DNA from: Camelus ferus
Lineage: Eukaryota
DNA length: 64,000 nt
NCBI RefSeq assembly: GCF_009834535.1
Contig: NC_045697.1
Location: forward strand, 63,304,001 to 63,368,000
Direction of reading: 5' to 3'
Positions within the stretch are counted from its first letter, which is position 1. The number at the start of each line of letters is the position of its first letter. The notes below the pieces were generated by a model, which saw only the letters and a program-made list of their open reading frames with translations, did no database searches and was not told the DNA's origin. Shown here in pieces: positions 13,221 through 25,526 of the stretch. Position numbers and translations under genes: made by a program.

Positions 13221-14409
13221 TAAAATAAAAGTGTAGCAGTTTGGTTTTACTGGCAGCAAACTGCCTCAGCAACAAGTATCATATCCAAAATCAAAGCAAG
13301 AGGATGAAGAAACGCAAAAGAGCTATACCAAATGCATTTATCCTCTTTATCAGGATGGCACGGGGTTTTCAAGAAACCCCTATGCAGGTGTACGCTCAGT
13401 TTTATTGCCAAGAGTAAGATCATATGACCTTACCTATAAACCCACTAGAAAGTCAGGGCAAAGGATTATCATAACTCAGTTAATGCCATCATGATTCTTT
13501 ATGCAGCTTACTTAGTCTGGACACTAAGTAAAAATTCAGACAAAATAGAGATTCTGTTAGTACCAAAGAACAACAGAATGTGTGGCAAACTAACACTGCT
13601 TAGTACATCAGCATTTTACTTTTTTTGTTATTCCCTTTCTCAGAAAAATAATCTAGCAACTCTGAAGATGTTTCTCAACAAGGACTTCCACAAGGTGGCA
13701 AAGTGTTAACATGATGTCACTTGGCAGTATTGCTCATATTCTCAAGTGTGGACACTTGAAGAATATTTCGTACCATATTCTTAATATGTGATTACAGCAT
13801 TATGAAGTGTGAAAAAGTATGGAAAAGTTGGATTTTCATTTAGAAATATTTAGTTTCTATAATTTGATTTGGAGATTTTTTACTCTGTAAATATTTATTT
13901 TCAAGCATAAGTCTGATTGTGTTATCTAAAACAATGGAAATATTCAATTCATTTGCTCTTAGGTAACAAAAAAGCATCTAAGAAGGTTGTAACTTTTTTT
14001 GTGTGTGTGTGCCACTGAGATAAACTTGAGTTGACAAGTTTATCTTCTAGAGACTAATGATTATTTCAGGAAGAAATATGCTAGCAAATTGGAGTAGTTG
14101 CTCCAGACGGTAGCAATGTGTTCCTTTCTTTAGCATGATTGGATTGCAATCAAAAGAATCAGACATCCTCAAGTGATCTCTATAAAAACATTAATTATTA
14201 GTATTTAAACTTGAATTTGTAATGGACACATTTAGTATAGATTAAGTAAAATTAACATAAAATTTATAGACATCATTGAAAAAATGTTTCCTCTCTTTCA
14301 AAAATGAGCTTTCTTCTTTTAGTCCCTCACAAATTCCGTGATGTCACCTCACTTTTAGACTCATTTGTTTCCTACTTAACCTATCTAACTTATGTAACCT
14401 AACCTAAGC

Positions 14410-14549
14410 TGTCTTGTGTCTCTTCTTATAAGGGCGTTACCCCCATGACCTCATCTAAATCTAATTTAGATGACCCCATTGCCAAATACCGTTACTCTGG
14501 GGGTTAGGGCTTCAACGTCAATTTTGGGGGGACAGTTCAGTCCATAGAA
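14410..14549 (-). mobile_element. MLT1A-like MaLR LTR fragment
   Basis: GTGTCTCTTCTTATAAGGGC...CATGACCTCATCTAAA...GGGGGTTAGGGCTTCAAC...TTTTGGGGGGACA...TTCAGTCCATA. Confidence 0.8.
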
Positions 14550-14689
14550 AGTATCCAATCCGTGGAATGGTGCTGAAGTTTTACTCCCAGTACCTTTGTC
14601 TAAGAGATAGATAACTTTCATGTAACTCAAATTGTAAAAGAATTGGTTAGGTGAAATAAATCATGGAAATAGCTATGAAACAACAAGAA

Positions 14690-14935
14690 GTGGCACCGGT
14701 ATGGGAGGACACTCTCTAGTGATGAACAGACAGCTGCCACTCAGCTACCATGATTGTTGCATAGTCAAGGCAGCTAAGCATTACATTTTAGGTTTTTAAA
14801 AAGAACCTGAGTATGTGGATTTTTATATGAATATTCATATATGTAATGTTGGCAACTGAATCATGCTTTTAACTTTTTTTCTCTTGGTAAAACAAAACCA
14901 AATTTAGCTCAGGGGCTGCCAGTTTGCAAGGTCTG
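14690..14935. mobile_element. MER102-like hAT DNA transposon
   Basis: GCTGCCACTCAGCT...GATTGTTGC, GGATTTTTATATGAA, AATGTTGGCAACT and terminus GCTGCCAGTTTGCAAGGTCTG. Confidence 0.7.
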
Positions 14936-15204
14936 CTCCAAGAGATTTTACCAGCCACTGGATGCCACCTAGCTACTAAGTTGCAAGACAGGATTCCAGC
15001 CCAGGTCTGTCAGGGCCCACTGCTGCTCTCCTTTGCTCTAATCCACACTGTCTTCTGCACCCCAAGCCTATGTAAACACCACTGCCTGATTTCTATATTT
15101 CTGTTTCTAGGCAGCTGAGCAGGTCAAGTTAAGAAATTGAACTGAATGCCGTCCAAAGTTAGCTGCCTCCCTTTTATCAGTCACTTCTTACCTTAACACT
15201 ATTT

Positions 15205-15520
15205 TTATAGGCTCTAAGTCTCAAGATAGTGAATAGCACATAGGATCTTAATTGGGGAGTGTTTGGGGATCACCATCGATGGAATGGAGAGCAAAAAGGC
15301 ACCATTAAGCAGAGGGGGAAGTTGAGCTGCAGTGTAGTTTCAACAGAGACCTCAGCTGTCCCTGTGGGGAGCTCTGAAGCTAAGAGGACCTAAACTGCGT
15401 GAGGAGTTCTGGTCTGTATATACTTACACAGACTAGTGATGGGACCAGGCTCCTCTGGTGATCTTTGCTCAGCTGATTCTGGAAAGGGATGACAACTGAG
15501 GGTTTTCTACCAGCAAGACT
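15205..15520 (-). mobile_element. LTR16-like ERVL LTR
   Basis: GCAGAGGGGGAAGTTGAGCTGCAGTGTAGTTTCAACAGAGACCTCAGCTG...GGGGAGCTCTGAAGCT resembles antisense LTR16C. Confidence 0.65.
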
Positions 15521-16558
15521 CTCTTTCACTGTTATGGTAAAAGGCTGTAATAACACACCCTAGCATAACAAGGTTTTGGATTTAATATCCAAACCTTGGT
15601 GATTGGCTTGACCTCCATTCTCAAAAAGACACTATCTATAATTTGTATCTTATGTGGGGATAGAAAGAGGGGAGCACAAAGGGGAAGAGATATGCTACCC
15701 TCTCTCGGGAAGCCAGGAAGCCGAGGGCGTTCCCTGAATCCAAATATTCTCTCCCTGAAAGCTCTAACCCCCCTAGATCAGACTGAGGACATGGGTAGTT
15801 AAAAAAAAAAAAATCAGAGATTTCTGGAACTGAAGTCATTGTATTGGAAGTACTATTCAGACAGAGAACTTGGAATTGCCTTATTAACACTCAATCTGGA
15901 CTGTACAACTTCACCAACTGGCTCCAAATTGCTCAGTCCAGACAGGGATGAACCCTGCTGGACTAGCTGCACAATTTATTAGCATTTTCACTTTGTTTTA
16001 CAGGGACTGTCATCCATGTTATACTGCCCATTATAAAGATAATGTCCTTGATCTACATCAGCGTCATCTTCATGGACCCCTGCTGGCACTTTGTAGGGAT
16101 TTTAAACTCTTCATTAAATGTATGATTTATTGGAAATTATTTCTCTACTATTCATTCTCATTATCTGAAATGCCTTTCTCATACAATTTTAACTTATTTA
16201 ACATCTTTATCTTGAACAATAATATTAATACTATTCTAAATTTCTAGTTACTTTATTAAAAGATTGATATTCTTTTTATAGGGTGATTATTACTATAGCT
16301 TATTTAATGGCTAAAAATGTTGTTAATTTGGTTTGTCTCTGGCTGTTTAAAATTATTTCTGGTTGTTTACAAATCCTTGGGATAAATGAAATGAGGCTTA
16401 CCTCAAACCATCTGGCAGGTGACTTTACATATAAACAGGAACTGGTCAATTGTTCATTTAATCATAATATGTTAATTAAGTCAATATTGATCTGTTTTCA
16501 CTGAGTATTTGTTCTTATTTACAATTTTATCAGGTATTTGTTTTGTTTATCATATTGA

Positions 16559-16705
16559 GGGGAAAGGGTATAGCTTAGTGGTAGAGTGCATGCTTAGTAT
16601 GCATAAGGTCTTAGGTTCAATCCCCAGTGCCTCCATAAATAAACAAGCAAACAAACAAACAAACAAACCTGATTACCTTCCCCTCATAAAAACTTTTTTT
16701 TTTCA
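16559..16705 (+). mobile_element. tRNA-derived SINE, camelid Vic-1 type
   Basis: Pol III A box TAGCTTAGTGG (16571-16581), B box GGTTCAATCCC (16614-16624), (AAAC)n linker and CCTGATTACCTTCCCC tail. Flanked by a 13-bp TSD TTTAT(C/A)ATATTGA at 16546-16558 and 16706-16718. Confidence 0.9.
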
Positions 16706-18374
16706 TTTATAATATTGATATAAAAGTAGCAGAAAGTCAATTTCAAAAACCCACAGCAATGTACTTCACAAGATAAGATGGAATGAATACACTATGACTC
16801 CCCTTTCATAGATCTGTCCAGAAACAGTGGACACTTCTCATTATCCTCTGATCCATTCTATCTCCTACTTCACCTCAGCCAGGTAATTTCTATTCCACAC
16901 AACTCTTAGTGGCCTTGTGAAATTATTAATTTAAAAGATACTTACCAAGACTCAGTCCAAGAAGGATAATAGCTCATTCATGCATATTTTCATTGGTTTA
17001 TGGATCTGTGATGCCCTGGAGAGTACCACAAATCTTCATGATGTCCCAAGTGTTAACTTTAATGTTTGTATCTTTAATTTAGCTGAAGGCTGTGTAAAAT
17101 CTCATATAGTCAAATAGCTCTCTCTTGGCTGAACATATAAAGTTGGGATTAAAGCATGTTATTCCAGTAGATATTAATCATAACTTATGCACAGTAATTT
17201 ATTTTTGAATCTATAGTTCCAGATTATAGAATGTGAAAGAGCAATTGATTTGTTTCCCATAGGGCTTATGTACTGCCAAATCCTAATCTTACAAAGATTC
17301 CCTTAGATGTCTAGACTTCCTCTGGGTTGCTCTGCTATTTGCAATAGTGTAGCCATTAAAGTAAGTTCATCAAGTAATGTTCTGTGACCACAAATAGCAG
17401 GAGGGCAGTTATAAGTACATGTCTGGCTTTATAAATAATATTTTCCCACTTTTCCAACGTGTTACAGGACTTCACTTTTACTTTATTATTCCATGATTGG
17501 AAAATTTGCTAATGATAATGACCACCATACATGGGAACAGAATTGACCATAAGGATGAATTTAAAGTTACACTATGTTTCATATGTGGTGTATTCTCCAC
17601 TGGTTTCTTTCTGAAGCTACTATTTGGCATTATTTATGACTATGACATATTCCATATTTGGTTGTCACTCATCAGACTGGATTAATAACCACTCCCTCCA
17701 AAAGAAAAAAAAAAAGACATTCTGGATACTCCACATATTAGGAAGAATTAAAAATCAAAGGGAAAATGTATGGCAAAGCATTATTTTAATGTTGTAAGTT
17801 CCATTAAAAGTTTTCATTATATGCCTCCACTAATTGCAAAAAAAAAAAAAAAATAGGGACATTAAAATAAGATACAAATATAAATTCTTAAAAGAAATAA
17901 GACATATATAATTTTTAAAGTTGGAAGGGATATTGGTAAATTTACTTTAAATGCAAGGTTCAGTTATTATAATATTTAAACTACAATTGTACTTAATGTC
18001 ATAAAAACAAATACTGTTGAATTTCCCCACCCTTTTAACTTTCTCTGAGAATGTACCATTGATAAAAATTGTTGATCAGATTAGGCATTTTGCAATGTTA
18101 AAATTATTTCCTTAATATCTATTTTGCTATTACTTATATTAGATAACAATTATTAATTTACCCATAGTAAACAAGTGACAAATCACCTGCTTTCATATCT
18201 TTGAACACCAAAATACGTTTTAGACCTTATCAATTTATAGTTCATAAACCAGATTCTATTTCATATTTCCTTCATGTATCTCTTGGAAATTACCTCATTA
18301 TAAAGATTCTTTATAAGTATCTTCTTTTCTGGCACCATTTAAGACAATGGAGTGAATGAAGAATATGTATTTTT

Positions 18375-18755
18375 GGTTTAGTTTCCAGGGGCTTGGGGAG
18401 AGGGAGGGAGGGAGGGAGGAATGAATAGATGGAGCACAAGGGATTTTTAGGGCAATGAAATTATTCTGTATGATACTATAGTGGTGGCCATATGTCATTA
18501 TGCATTTGTCAAAGCCCATAGAATATACAACATCAAGAGTCAACCCTAATGTAAACTATGGACTTTGGTTGATAATAATGTGCCCATGTTGGTTCATTGA
18601 TTGTACCAAATATGCCACACCGATGAGGGATATTGAGGTTAGGGGAGTATATATGTGTGGGTGGGGAGGGCTATTGTGAACTCTGTATTTTCTGCTCAAT
18701 TCTGTTGTGAACCTGAAACTGCTCTAAAAGAATAAAAACAAACAAACAAACAAAA
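18375..18755 (+). mobile_element. L1MC1/2-like L1 3' end
   Basis: GGATTTTTAGGGCAATGAAATTATTCTGTATGATACTATA...AACCCTAATGTAAACTATGGACTTTGG...GAACCTGAAACTGCTCTAAAAGAATAAA followed by an (AAAC)n tail. Confidence 0.9.
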
Positions 18756-19094
18756 ATGAAATATTACCTGAACCAAGTTTCATAGAATACAATGGTTCTC
18801 TCCTTGAATCAGTACTGATATATTCCTAAGCAAATTGTTTACTTATTTTAATAAATTAGTGTTTCTTATTTGTCTAAAATGAATGCTGTACTTACTTAGT
18901 TTGTTTATGATGGCTTCTTAATACATTTAATGTTAGAAACTTAAAGTTTATAAAATATTATTTCTATAAATTTAAATATTATAATGAATATACAGAATTA
19001 AAGCCAGAAGATGAATTGAATTTACTTTCAAGTCATAAACTATAAACATTGTTTAATATAAAGACATATAAACCAGAGAAATGCATTTTGTTTT

Positions 19095-19216
19095 ACTAAA
19101 TTTCTAGGAGCATTCTGAGGACAGGAATAATATCTGTTTTGTTTCCTACTATGTGCTAGAACTTAGCATAATGCCTGATGCATAAAAATCCTCAATAAAT
19201 ATTTTTGAATTATGAA
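19095..19216 (+). mobile_element. L2 3' terminal fragment
   Basis: TGAGGACAGGAA...CTTAGCATAATGCCTGATGCATA...CTCAATAAATATTTTTGAAT. Confidence 0.8.
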
Positions 19217-20579
19217 CACCTAAATATAATAAATAAATAAAACATTGGTAAAACATCTTTTAGTAAAATAGCATACCATAGCAACATTTTTAGTATTTTC
19301 TAGGATATAATATTAACCAAATTATTTTGCCCAAACTACAGCTACAGAAATGAAAGTATGATATTGTCATTTCCCTCTCTTAATATCATAAACTTGTAAT
19401 ATTTAATGGTTTTCTCCCTTCTCATCCAGGAATATACAGAGAAGAGACGAGCATATTCAATATAGTCTTTTGAAATATTTTTACATCTAGAATTTCAGAT
19501 CCTTGATTGCACCATTTTCTCCCAAATTGTTATTGTCTCCTGCCTTTACCTTTTCTCCATCCTCTGCTCTACGGTTCATCGATTTCTGCTTATTCCTTTC
19601 ACTTCTGACCTGCTCCCTTACTCAGTTACATCTGTGATTCAACTGAGCCATCAGTAGTCAGTGATCTCCCAGCCATTCTCTTAACATGTAGAATTATATC
19701 ATCATGATAAATACCTGATCTGAACTTCAGGTGTACCTTCAATACTACACAAGACTTTTTATCTACTCATTTTTCTCTTTTACATTAGAGAATATTACAA
19801 ATACTCTCTTTCCTCAAATTCTCTACTTGCTATTTCCCTTCTCATCGTTCATCCTTTTGTTTTTAGATTTTTTTTTTTCATTCTGCTTTTTCATTTAATG
19901 AATAGTTTAGCAGGATATGTAATGATTATGTTTCTGGAGAGAATTGTCCAGTCTCCTCCCTGAAAATACATAGGGTGATTTGGCTCTCTTCCTAGTGGCA
20001 ATCCTTTCCTGCAAGTCTAGGTTCTATAACTTCCTCCACTGTGCTGTCACTTTCCACTCCTGTTTTTGCTTTCATTTTCCATTCCTTATCTTTTATTGTT
20101 TCCTCTCTTTCTTTTTATCCTTTCAGGCTAACACCTTTTTGATTACTCTATACAATTATTTTAGTGGGGGTTTTGGAGAGACAGGTGATAAATGCATTTA
20201 GTCAGTCTGCCTTGTTTAATAGGAAATGCCTAGTTTTTAAAAATTATACTTTATCAATATGCCACTCAAATATTGTAGGATGGACTTGAGTAAATTGTTG
20301 AGACAATGATAATACCCTATATTTATTGAATCCTACTCTGTATCTTTTACTTTGATAGAACTCTTTGTACTCAATTAGTCTAATTCTCCCAATGAATCTT
20401 GAAGTGACATTATTTTCACTTAGGAGATTCAACCAAATTATTTTGCCCAAGTGGCTTAGACTTGTTACTTTTTACAAATTGTGTAATATCTGAAACTAAA
20501 TACTCTCTTACCACTTGTGACTAAAAGAAAAAAATTACTTTGAAGACTTGTAAGAATTAAGAATTTATATAGAAATTAT

Positions 20580-21069
20580 GGTGTTAGTTTTCTATTGCTT
20601 TCATGATAAATTACCACAAACTTAGTGGTTTAAAAAATACAGATTTATTACGGGTCAGAATTCAAACATGGGTCTCACTTAGCTGAAATCAAGGTGTTCC
20701 CAGGGCTGCTTTCTTTTCCAGGGGTTCTGGAGAAAAATCCCTCCCTTGCCTGTTCTAGCATTTGGAGGCTTCCTGCGTTCTTTGGCTCATCATCCCCCTT
20801 CTTCCATCTTCAAATAAGAGGCAGGTGGAGCCCTTCTCATGTTACCTAATTCTGGCCCTATCTTTTGCCGCTTCTCCCACATCTAAGAACTCATATTATT
20901 ACTTTAGATCCACCTGGATAATTTAGGATAATCTCCCATCTAAAGGTCAGCTGATTACCAAATTTAATTGCATCTGCAATTTTAATGCCTTTTTACTATG
21001 TAACATATTTGCAAATCCCAGATACTAGCATATGACCATCTTTGGGAGGCCATTGTTCTTCCTACCACA
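20580..21069 (-). mobile_element. MLT1D/E-like MaLR solo LTR
   Basis: TTAGTTTTCTATTGCT...AAATTACCACAAACTTAGTGG...GGATAATCTCCCATCT...TTTGGGAGGCCATTGTTCTTCCTACCACA. Confidence 0.85.
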
Positions 21070-22538
21070 AGTAATTAAGAAAGTTCCTGACACAGACTAT
21101 TAACAAGTGGAATCTATTGTTATTTATTTTTAACAAAATATTTATTAAATTCTTATTCCACATATATTATCTAGATTTCCATGAACTGTCTAATTCACAG
21201 GAACCCTGGAGGTAGACGAGGCAGATAACACTCAAGCTTTATAAATATTTCATCTTATTTAAGACATTGGTACTAGTGATATGGTAATGAAAGCCATAAT
21301 GTTATCTATATGCTTTGAGCACTTGTGAAAATTATCAATATTATGTTATCTATGGCTGTTCATTTGATAAATGGAAAGCTAATTGTCTAAAGTTTTTTTA
21401 ATTAAAATAAATAACATTTTTACTACTTAAAATGATTTATAGCTTTAAAATATAAAAACTAAAGAAAAAATGATAATACTTATTTTCAATGTTAGGTCAC
21501 AGAGAAGACTGAATTTTACACATGCATAGTTACAAGTTTACCATTGTTCAAATTATCTTGCTTTAATAATAAAACTGAGATAGTCAAATAATGTTTTCAA
21601 GGGCTATGTTAGCTCTTGTTTAATGCAGGCCTAGCAGGTCTTCTAATATTCTTGCAATGAACACAGTCCTTTAGAGCAATTTGGAGGAAACAACTCTACT
21701 AAATGTTTTCTGATCTAACATTTTTTTTCCTATGGGAGCAATTATTTTACAAAATGACAAAGTGGCAAGGGCAAAAACCTAGTTACCAACAGCATAAAAT
21801 TACTTCTGTATTTCAGAGTTGAGATTCGTGATCTCATTAATAGCTTGAAATTGCATGACAAGCTTTTCCATTTAGACAATTAACATATTGATCTACTTCA
21901 TGTGGTATCCATCTGCTCATATATAATTTTCCAGAAAGACTATCCATACCTCCTTGCACTCATGTCCCATAGCTATTTTCAAAAGCAATATATAATTACT
22001 AGATGGTATAAAATACCAATATCCAGCACCTGGGGGTAATTATTGGCTTTCAGAAATGAAAAATGATAGGAAAACTTTTTTGTAAATCTCTAAAAACTCA
22101 AATATTGAGAGAATATTAAAGTAAATCATTTTCCAACTCAGTTCATCCCATAATTGAACTTTCTGTGTAATCTGGCTAATCAACACATTTTGGGGGGCCT
22201 GGAGGGTAATTTCATTCACAGGGAAGGAGGATTTTCAAAAAAAGATAGTAAAGTCTTATATATATCTGTAAATTGAATCATTATACAAGAGGTCTTTTCT
22301 CACTTCTTCCCTTTGCCAGTCTAGAGCAAAAGTGCATATTAATAGTAAGGGAAAATAAAACTGAAGAAAAAGGTCACAGCAGTTTTTTAAAAAATAATCA
22401 TTTTTATATAGCAAATAAAATCAGGTTGATTTGTGCCTCACTTAGAGTACCCATTTATTGGAATGCAAGGAAGGCTGAGTTAAGCTATTTTTCAAAATAT
22501 ATAAAAGTACAAAATATTTTAAAATATAATGTATATAT

Positions 22539-22542
<4 letters not shown>

Positions 22543-22570
<28 letters not shown>
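22543..22570. repeat. (AC)n microsatellite
   Basis: Directly visible. Confidence 0.95.
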
Positions 22571-22619
22571 GATTGTGCCGCTGAATATTGTAAATGATAT
22601 CACCCGTGTAGTAAATAGA

Positions 22620-22732
22620 TTCTTTCTGAAGCTGAACTAGCTCAGGTCAGTTCCAGGTTCTCCTGCTTGCTATGTGACCTCAGGAAAATTATTTAATCCT
22701 CTTGTACCTTGGTTTCCTCCTGTGTAAAGTGT
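22620..22732 (+). mobile_element. MIR SINE fragment
   Basis: GCTATGTGACCTCAGGAAAATTATTTAATCCTCTTGTACCTTGGTTTCCTCCTGTGTAAAGTG. Confidence 0.75.
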
Positions 22733-22737
22733 GAACT

Positions 22738-23095
22738 GTTGTCAACCAGAGAAGCTCACCAAAACCTTGGTGTCCACAGTTTTTATTGCAGAAAAAACAG
22801 ATACTTAAGTATGCAGGACCTGTGTGACTGACCTCAGCTATTTAGATCCCAGCCCCGCCCGCCTAGAGCAAGAAAGGAGTATTCACTGTAAATCACATCA
22901 TTAGCTTAAAGATCTGATCAGACTGCAGCCCAAAGCCTCAGGCATACAAAAACACTCTTATCAGGCAGAATATTCTTAAGTCTCAGAACTTATCTCCCAG
23001 GAGCTGGCCAGAGGCCAGTCCTGAAGACATGCCTTTTTTGGGAATATACAAGGTTTGAACAACACAGACCTGCTGAGTTAACACTTTACTTCATG
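22738..23095 (-). mobile_element. MER77-like (MER21 group) ERV LTR, partial
   Basis: CTTGGTGTCCACAGTTTTTATTG, ACACTCTTATCAGGCAGAATATTC, GGCCAGTCCTGAAGACA, CCTGCTGAGTTAAC. Confidence 0.75.
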
Positions 23096-23545
23096 AGGCC
23101 CCTGAATAAATACTTGCAACCCTTCATGTTGCAAATTATATCAAAAATAGTCAACAGCAAAGGCACAGATATTTGCTACAAACTATATAAGTTTCTATTA
23201 CTACATGTAACACATTTTAGCTCCTATTAGTGAATACTGTCCCAGTATATTCTTTCACTTGAAAATGTTTGATTTTTAAAAAGAAACTAAGATTTAAAAC
23301 AATGTATCTTGCTCAACAGTTATGAGCACATGTAAAAGAGAAATTGTAATTTTTATTCAAGGGAAAAAAAAAAACTTAGAAGGCCAATTCAACACTTCAT
23401 TTAGTTAAGAGCATTAATATGAAAATAGAATGATGAGGGAGGTAATTGCTACGAGACAGTAAGGAGAGAGGACCTGGTTCAGATCTGTTTGGCTAGGTTC
23501 TATTTGATGAAAGTTTCATACCATGTTAAGAAGGAAAAAGATGTA

Positions 23546-23580
23546 GTGTGTGTGTGTGTGTATGTGTGTGTATGTGTGTG
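23546..23580. repeat. Interrupted (TG)n microsatellite
   Basis: Directly visible. Confidence 0.9.
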
Positions 23581-23669
23581 AAATACATATATTGTGTGGT
23601 TATATATAATTAGTACCTAACATGTCAAGAATTATTTTGCGGGAAATTCCTTCAGTGGAAGTAATTTAG

Positions 23670-23795
23670 GTTTTGATAACAGAAAATATGGGTCCCCTGT
23701 GAGCCTCCTGCTTTCTGTGTGACCTTGATCAAAATATTTACCTCCTCTTTGACCAAAGCATTTTATGCTTCACTTTCCTTATCTGTAAATTGAAT
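23670..23795 (+). mobile_element. MIR fragment
   Basis: CTGTGTGACCTTGATCAAAATATTTACCTC...CTTCACTTTCCTTATCTGTAAA. Confidence 0.6.
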
Positions 23796-25526
23796 TGCGT
23801 TTAGGTGAGGAAGTTCTGTTTGGGTAGAGGAAGGCATGCCCTGGCTTGGCTCTAAACTGTGTTTAATACTGGAATTTAGAAGTGCCTTGGCATGTCTGCC
23901 TGGCCTGACAAGTGGGCAGCTCAGGCCTGCCAGAAGTACATTTGCATGGGAGTGAATAGATCTTCTGCAGGAAAACCCCTTGTAAATCTAGACAGAGTTA
24001 GATTAAAAAAGCTTCCTATTAATGCAAAACCTTGGTGTTCGGGAGGAATTTCGTGGTAGAAGAGGCAGAGGTTGACGTGTATGGTGGTCCTTTGGCAGTA
24101 TCTGACAGGGTGGATATTATCAGATGCAGAATGGCTGACCAGTTTCATAAGCTGAGTAGTTTTTCTTTTTTTCTCCATATATGGGGATCCCAGAGATTCC
24201 TTGAAAACATTGCAAAAGGAGGAAGTTACTGAACCTGGAATGTTGGTGACACAAGAGTTGGTAAAATATGTGTTATATGGGAAGAAAACTACTACTCCAC
24301 ATGATTGGTATGAAAATCAATTAGATAATTGTAAAAACACTTTATGAAACATCAAATGCTAAGTAATGTCAAGTGACCATTATTTATCATTAGGTTAATA
24401 CCAACGTACAAGTGAACCCAGCTTCTAGAAAAGAATTTTTCAGTTAGCTAAGTCCAGTGAAATTGTTCACTGACAGGATTTTCTCTCTTTCTGTTCTCTT
24501 AGCTATGGACAATCTGATCAAATAACTGTAATTCAAATTTGGCAGCAGTCTGTAGGAGACATGCATATTTAAAGGAGCTCTTTCAGATATTATTATGTTG
24601 ATGGTAATGTTCACACTTTTAGACTTCAAGAGTGAAGTAGAAAATTGACTCAGTTATCTGGTTAACTCATGTTTGAAAAAATTGCAACTTTTTGCATAGT
24701 CTATGAAAAAGTTGACTAGTATTACAAATTCACTACTTTTAACTGTTGAGAAATTACTTAGCTTGATATGCTAATCAGTAATCTTCTGAAGAATTAGCAT
24801 TAGTAGCATTTTCAGTTCTCAAATACATTATTTTCTCTAGACTGAATTTACTTTCCATTTTGGTTAGTAGATCATATTTCCCTTTTCTGTAACTCTCATT
24901 AGCTCTTTCTACTACACCTCTATTCATTCAATATTTTTTGATTCAGTTCATTGTATTACTTTCTTCTACATTTTTTAGATTTGCAAATATGTTATTTGGA
25001 CTGATGTGTACTTCTGTGAATTCTGTATATGTTCAAAAAGTGCTTTTTCATAGATCTTAAAAAAAACAAAAAACTCTGTTATGTGTGCAAAAAATTAACC
25101 CATATCTTACTGATGACTGAACTTTTAGGTAATTTTTTACAGAGGAATATCCTGAGTATTGATTATCAGCCAAGCTTGTCTGTCTCAAAGATCACAATTC
25201 TCAAATGAGAATGCCTTTTTATGCAATTTTCTAGCACATCTGTTTTTAATTTCAGCTAAATACAAGAGGTTAAAAAATCAACCATGGATAAAAATCTTCA
25301 AGGAAAAATCAAATTTCCTTGTTCAGTCATCAAAGGCGAGTCTTATAAATGTTAAATAAAAATGTTTTAGGAATAAAATGTAATTCATGTTCTCTTAGGA
25401 ATGTGGAGCAATTTACTTTTTACTGGAACATATTTTTCTCATCATTAGTGTCCAATAATATAAAACATATAATTTAAAAGAAAAAACTATCAAGAGTATA
25501 ATTATGCCAGTTAAGCCAGATATCAC

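Noticed and set aside
16559..16635. tRNA gene
   Set aside because: A and B boxes are present, but the element continues into a simple-repeat tail and is flanked by a TSD, so it is a SINE.
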